A program made the position numbers and the translations under genes. DNA of 64,000 nt, taken from the NCBI GenBank assembly GCA_963666285.1, contig OY762711.1. The stretch is one strand, 5' to 3'. The stretch is from Sedimentisphaerales bacterium. Its GTDB lineage: Bacteria; Planctomycetota; Phycisphaerae; Sedimentisphaerales; SM23-30. Positions 63,689 through 64,000 of this stretch are shown here, in pieces (position 1 is the stretch's first letter; the number at the start of each line of letters is the position of its first letter). The notes under the pieces are model-generated. The model saw nothing but the letters and a program-made list of their open reading frames with translations, was not told where the DNA came from and ran no database searches.

Positions 63689-63853
63689 TTACTCAAAATG
63701 ACCGGTTTTGCACTTTACTTTGCCGTAACAAATTATAGCACAATCTGTTACATTAATATTTAAAATTGGGTGACGTGCTGCGGCATTCCTTGCCTGATAA
63801 CAAAGACCTCACAACGAATACCTCTCAAACTGACTATCAGTCACTTTGAGTAA
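63689..63853. repeat. Dispersed structured repeat, copy 2, with 14-bp terminal inverted repeats
   Basis: ttactcaaaatgac (63689-63702) / gtcactttgagtaa (63840-63853), 1 mismatch; homologous to 49835-49970. Confidence 0.8.
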
Positions 63854-63912
63854 CTTATAATTATTTCCTAACACGTTTACATATAATCAAATTTACAGTA
63901 GAATATCTCTTT

Positions 63913-64000
63913 ATGAGGAAAATTGGATATATTTTTATAGTCATCATAACGGTGTTCTTCCTGTACGCCCCTTTCGATGCAGAATTCAGCAAAAGAGAAA
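63913..64000 (+). CDS. 5' fragment of a probable exported protein
   Basis: MRKIGYIFIVIITVFFLYAPFDAEFSKRE..., open to the window end. Confidence 0.5.
   Translation, partial: MRKIGYIFIVIITVFFLYAPFDAEFSKRE

Overview
64-kb bacterial chromosomal window, moderately AT-rich. It most likely comes from an anaerobic Planctomycetota (Phycisphaerae/Sedimentisphaerales-like); this is inferred from the short 5S rRNA, a 23S-5S operon unlinked from 16S, mcsA-mcsB, and PEP-CTERM and dockerin-like tailed proteins. Housekeeping genes include pyrH, frr, rpiB, ruvC, a dnaJ-like gene, rpsB, tsf, truA, trmB, pdxB, mcsAB and recJ. The window also holds a tRNA-Ile/tRNA-Ala/23S/5S locus with no 16S, scattered T2SS/T4P genes, a very AT-rich surface-glycan cassette (GT9, methyltransferase, large membrane protein, AlgI/AlgJ-like pair), and an EtfB-EtfA-FAD oxidoreductase cluster with bifurcating-ETF motifs. 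The most notable observations are: (1) an intact RnfC-RnfD pair that has lost its flavin/NADH motifs but kept both Fe-S motifs, with no other rnf genes nearby; (2) three promoter-to-terminator units in intergenic DNA, one a ~90-nt RNA with two CUCCC-loop hairpins and one a ~200-nt rod-like RNA; (3) a diverged, structured ~135-165-bp dispersed repeat in two copies. Two single-base frameshifts, one in essential tsf, suggest residual assembly indel errors. No CRISPR array, transposase or prophage was seen. All calls were made by eye from motifs; no database searches were run.
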